Shown here in pieces: positions 7,272 to 7,631 of a stretch of 7,631 nucleotides of DNA. Origin of the DNA: Naegleria gruberi (Eukaryota). The first letter of the stretch is position 1. Each line of letters opens with the position of its first letter. Below the pieces are notes generated by a model. It searched no databases and was not told where the DNA came from. It saw nothing but the letters and a program-made list of their open reading frames with translations. The DNA is taken from assembly GCA_000004985.1 (NCBI GenBank), contig GG739122.1; one strand, given 5' to 3'. Made by a program: the position numbers and the translations under genes.

Positions 7272-7330
7272 CTATGATTGTTTGTTGTGGTATTCTTAAT
7301 AATGGAATGTAAACTAGTAGTGATACTTAC
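7272..7330 (-). other. Probable 59-nt intron of the MLF gene, phase 1: GTAAGTatcactactagtttacattccattattaagaataccacaacaaacaatcatAG.
   Basis: There is a canonical GTAAGT donor whose TAA is the only stop closing the upstream extension of the MLF frame. An acceptor AG at 7272..7273 restores the frame exactly: exon 1 ends ...gat gat c, and exon 2 starts at att aat. The intron is short and less AT-rich than typical dictyostelid introns. An alternative acceptor at 7255..7256 (tatAG) does not keep frame. Confidence 0.5.
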
Positions 7331-7448
7331 GATCATCTGGATCTTCGTATCTTACACTACTACCATTGCTACTACTCATATGATCACCATATTCATCATC
7401 ATCTGATAATTCTTCAAACATTGGTCCTTGATGTTTTGTTTTTCTCAT
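7331..7448 (-). CDS. MLF: Proposed first coding exon of the MLF gene, MRKTKHQGPMFEELSDDDEYGDHMSSSNGSSVRYEDPDD(H), giving a 268-aa product when spliced to 7271. The alternative model has no exon 1 and starts at the ATG at 7126..7128.
   Basis: ATG at 7446..7448 in a tgaaaATGa context. It is open to the GTAAGT donor. Joining gives a continuous frame through a low-complexity H/S/N/R-rich linker into the conserved MLF motif. Confidence 0.45.
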
Positions 7449-7631
7449 TTTCAAATAAGCAAATGATTCACGGAAGTTGTAATTTTTAAAACTCTATTCT
7501 TTCTCAATAGTAGTGTAGTAATACAATCATATATATACTAAAGACAACACACGATATTGAGGCTTTTTTTTTAAAACTGCTTATTTCCGAGATTTAAAAA
7601 TAATGAGGCGACAAAATTTATTGAGGAAATT
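7449..7631. promoter_or_regulatory. 5' flank of MLF (presumed promoter), including a T9 run at 7566..7574. It may be shared with a divergent plus-strand gene, since there is an ATG at 7604 in an aaaaataATGagg context running off the window.
   Basis: Position relative to the MLF ATG. Only 9 codons of the possible plus-strand ORF are visible (MRRQNLLRK), and they use GC-rich codons atypical for the rest of the window. Confidence 0.2.

Noticed and set aside
588-7448. Idea that DCAF7 and MLF are adjacent for functional reasons (both have been linked to cullin-RING/COP9-signalosome biology).
   Set aside because: Eukaryotic gene adjacency rarely implies shared function. The genes are on opposite strands and ~5 kb apart with other genes between them. 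I know of no direct evidence linking the two families.
7604-7631. Plus-strand ATG at 7604 (MRRQNLLRK…) as the start of a divergent gene sharing the MLF promoter.
   Set aside because: Only 9 codons are visible, and they use GC-rich codons (agg, cga, gag). This is mentioned in features at very low confidence.

Overview
This is AT-rich eukaryotic DNA, not prokaryotic. Long caa/aat codon runs, Q/N/S homopolymer tracts inside conserved proteins, A-rich leaders before ATG and GTAAGT introns all point to a dictyostelid social amoeba (Dictyostelium-like). Two hard-masked N blocks (1572..2821 and 3733..6190, 3,708 nt, about 49% of the window) hide the 3' end of the first gene and almost all of the largest gene. 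Every track ORF that crosses the N blocks is an artefact, and the track also uses TTG starts. Four things can be supported from visible sequence. (1) A plus-strand gene at 588..1571, truncated by the mask, is a clear ortholog of the WD40 protein DCAF7/WDR68 (plant TTG1/AN11 family), with dictyostelid-type Q/N-rich insertions. (2) At 3131..3700 a minus-strand, convergent gene 3' end is encoded in a compositionally unusual block (2822..3732) that is relatively GC-rich and uses rare codons. Its two coding blocks are separated by two in-frame stops, and no canonical intron can be drawn. (3) At 6191..6536 a minus-strand ORF starts a Q/N-rich protein with one predicted transmembrane helix and runs into the second mask. 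(4) At 6583..7448 a minus-strand gene encodes a Myeloid Leukemia Factor (MLF1/MLF2) family protein with a probable 59-nt 5' intron. I see no CRISPR array, rRNA or tRNA and no defence-island-like organisation. If this window holds a novel system, it is most likely inside the masked blocks and cannot be assessed from this sequence. The most unusual visible signals are the GC-rich block with its interrupted ORF and missing AATAAA, and the 46-nt head-to-tail junction between the MLF stop/poly(A) signal and the next ATG.
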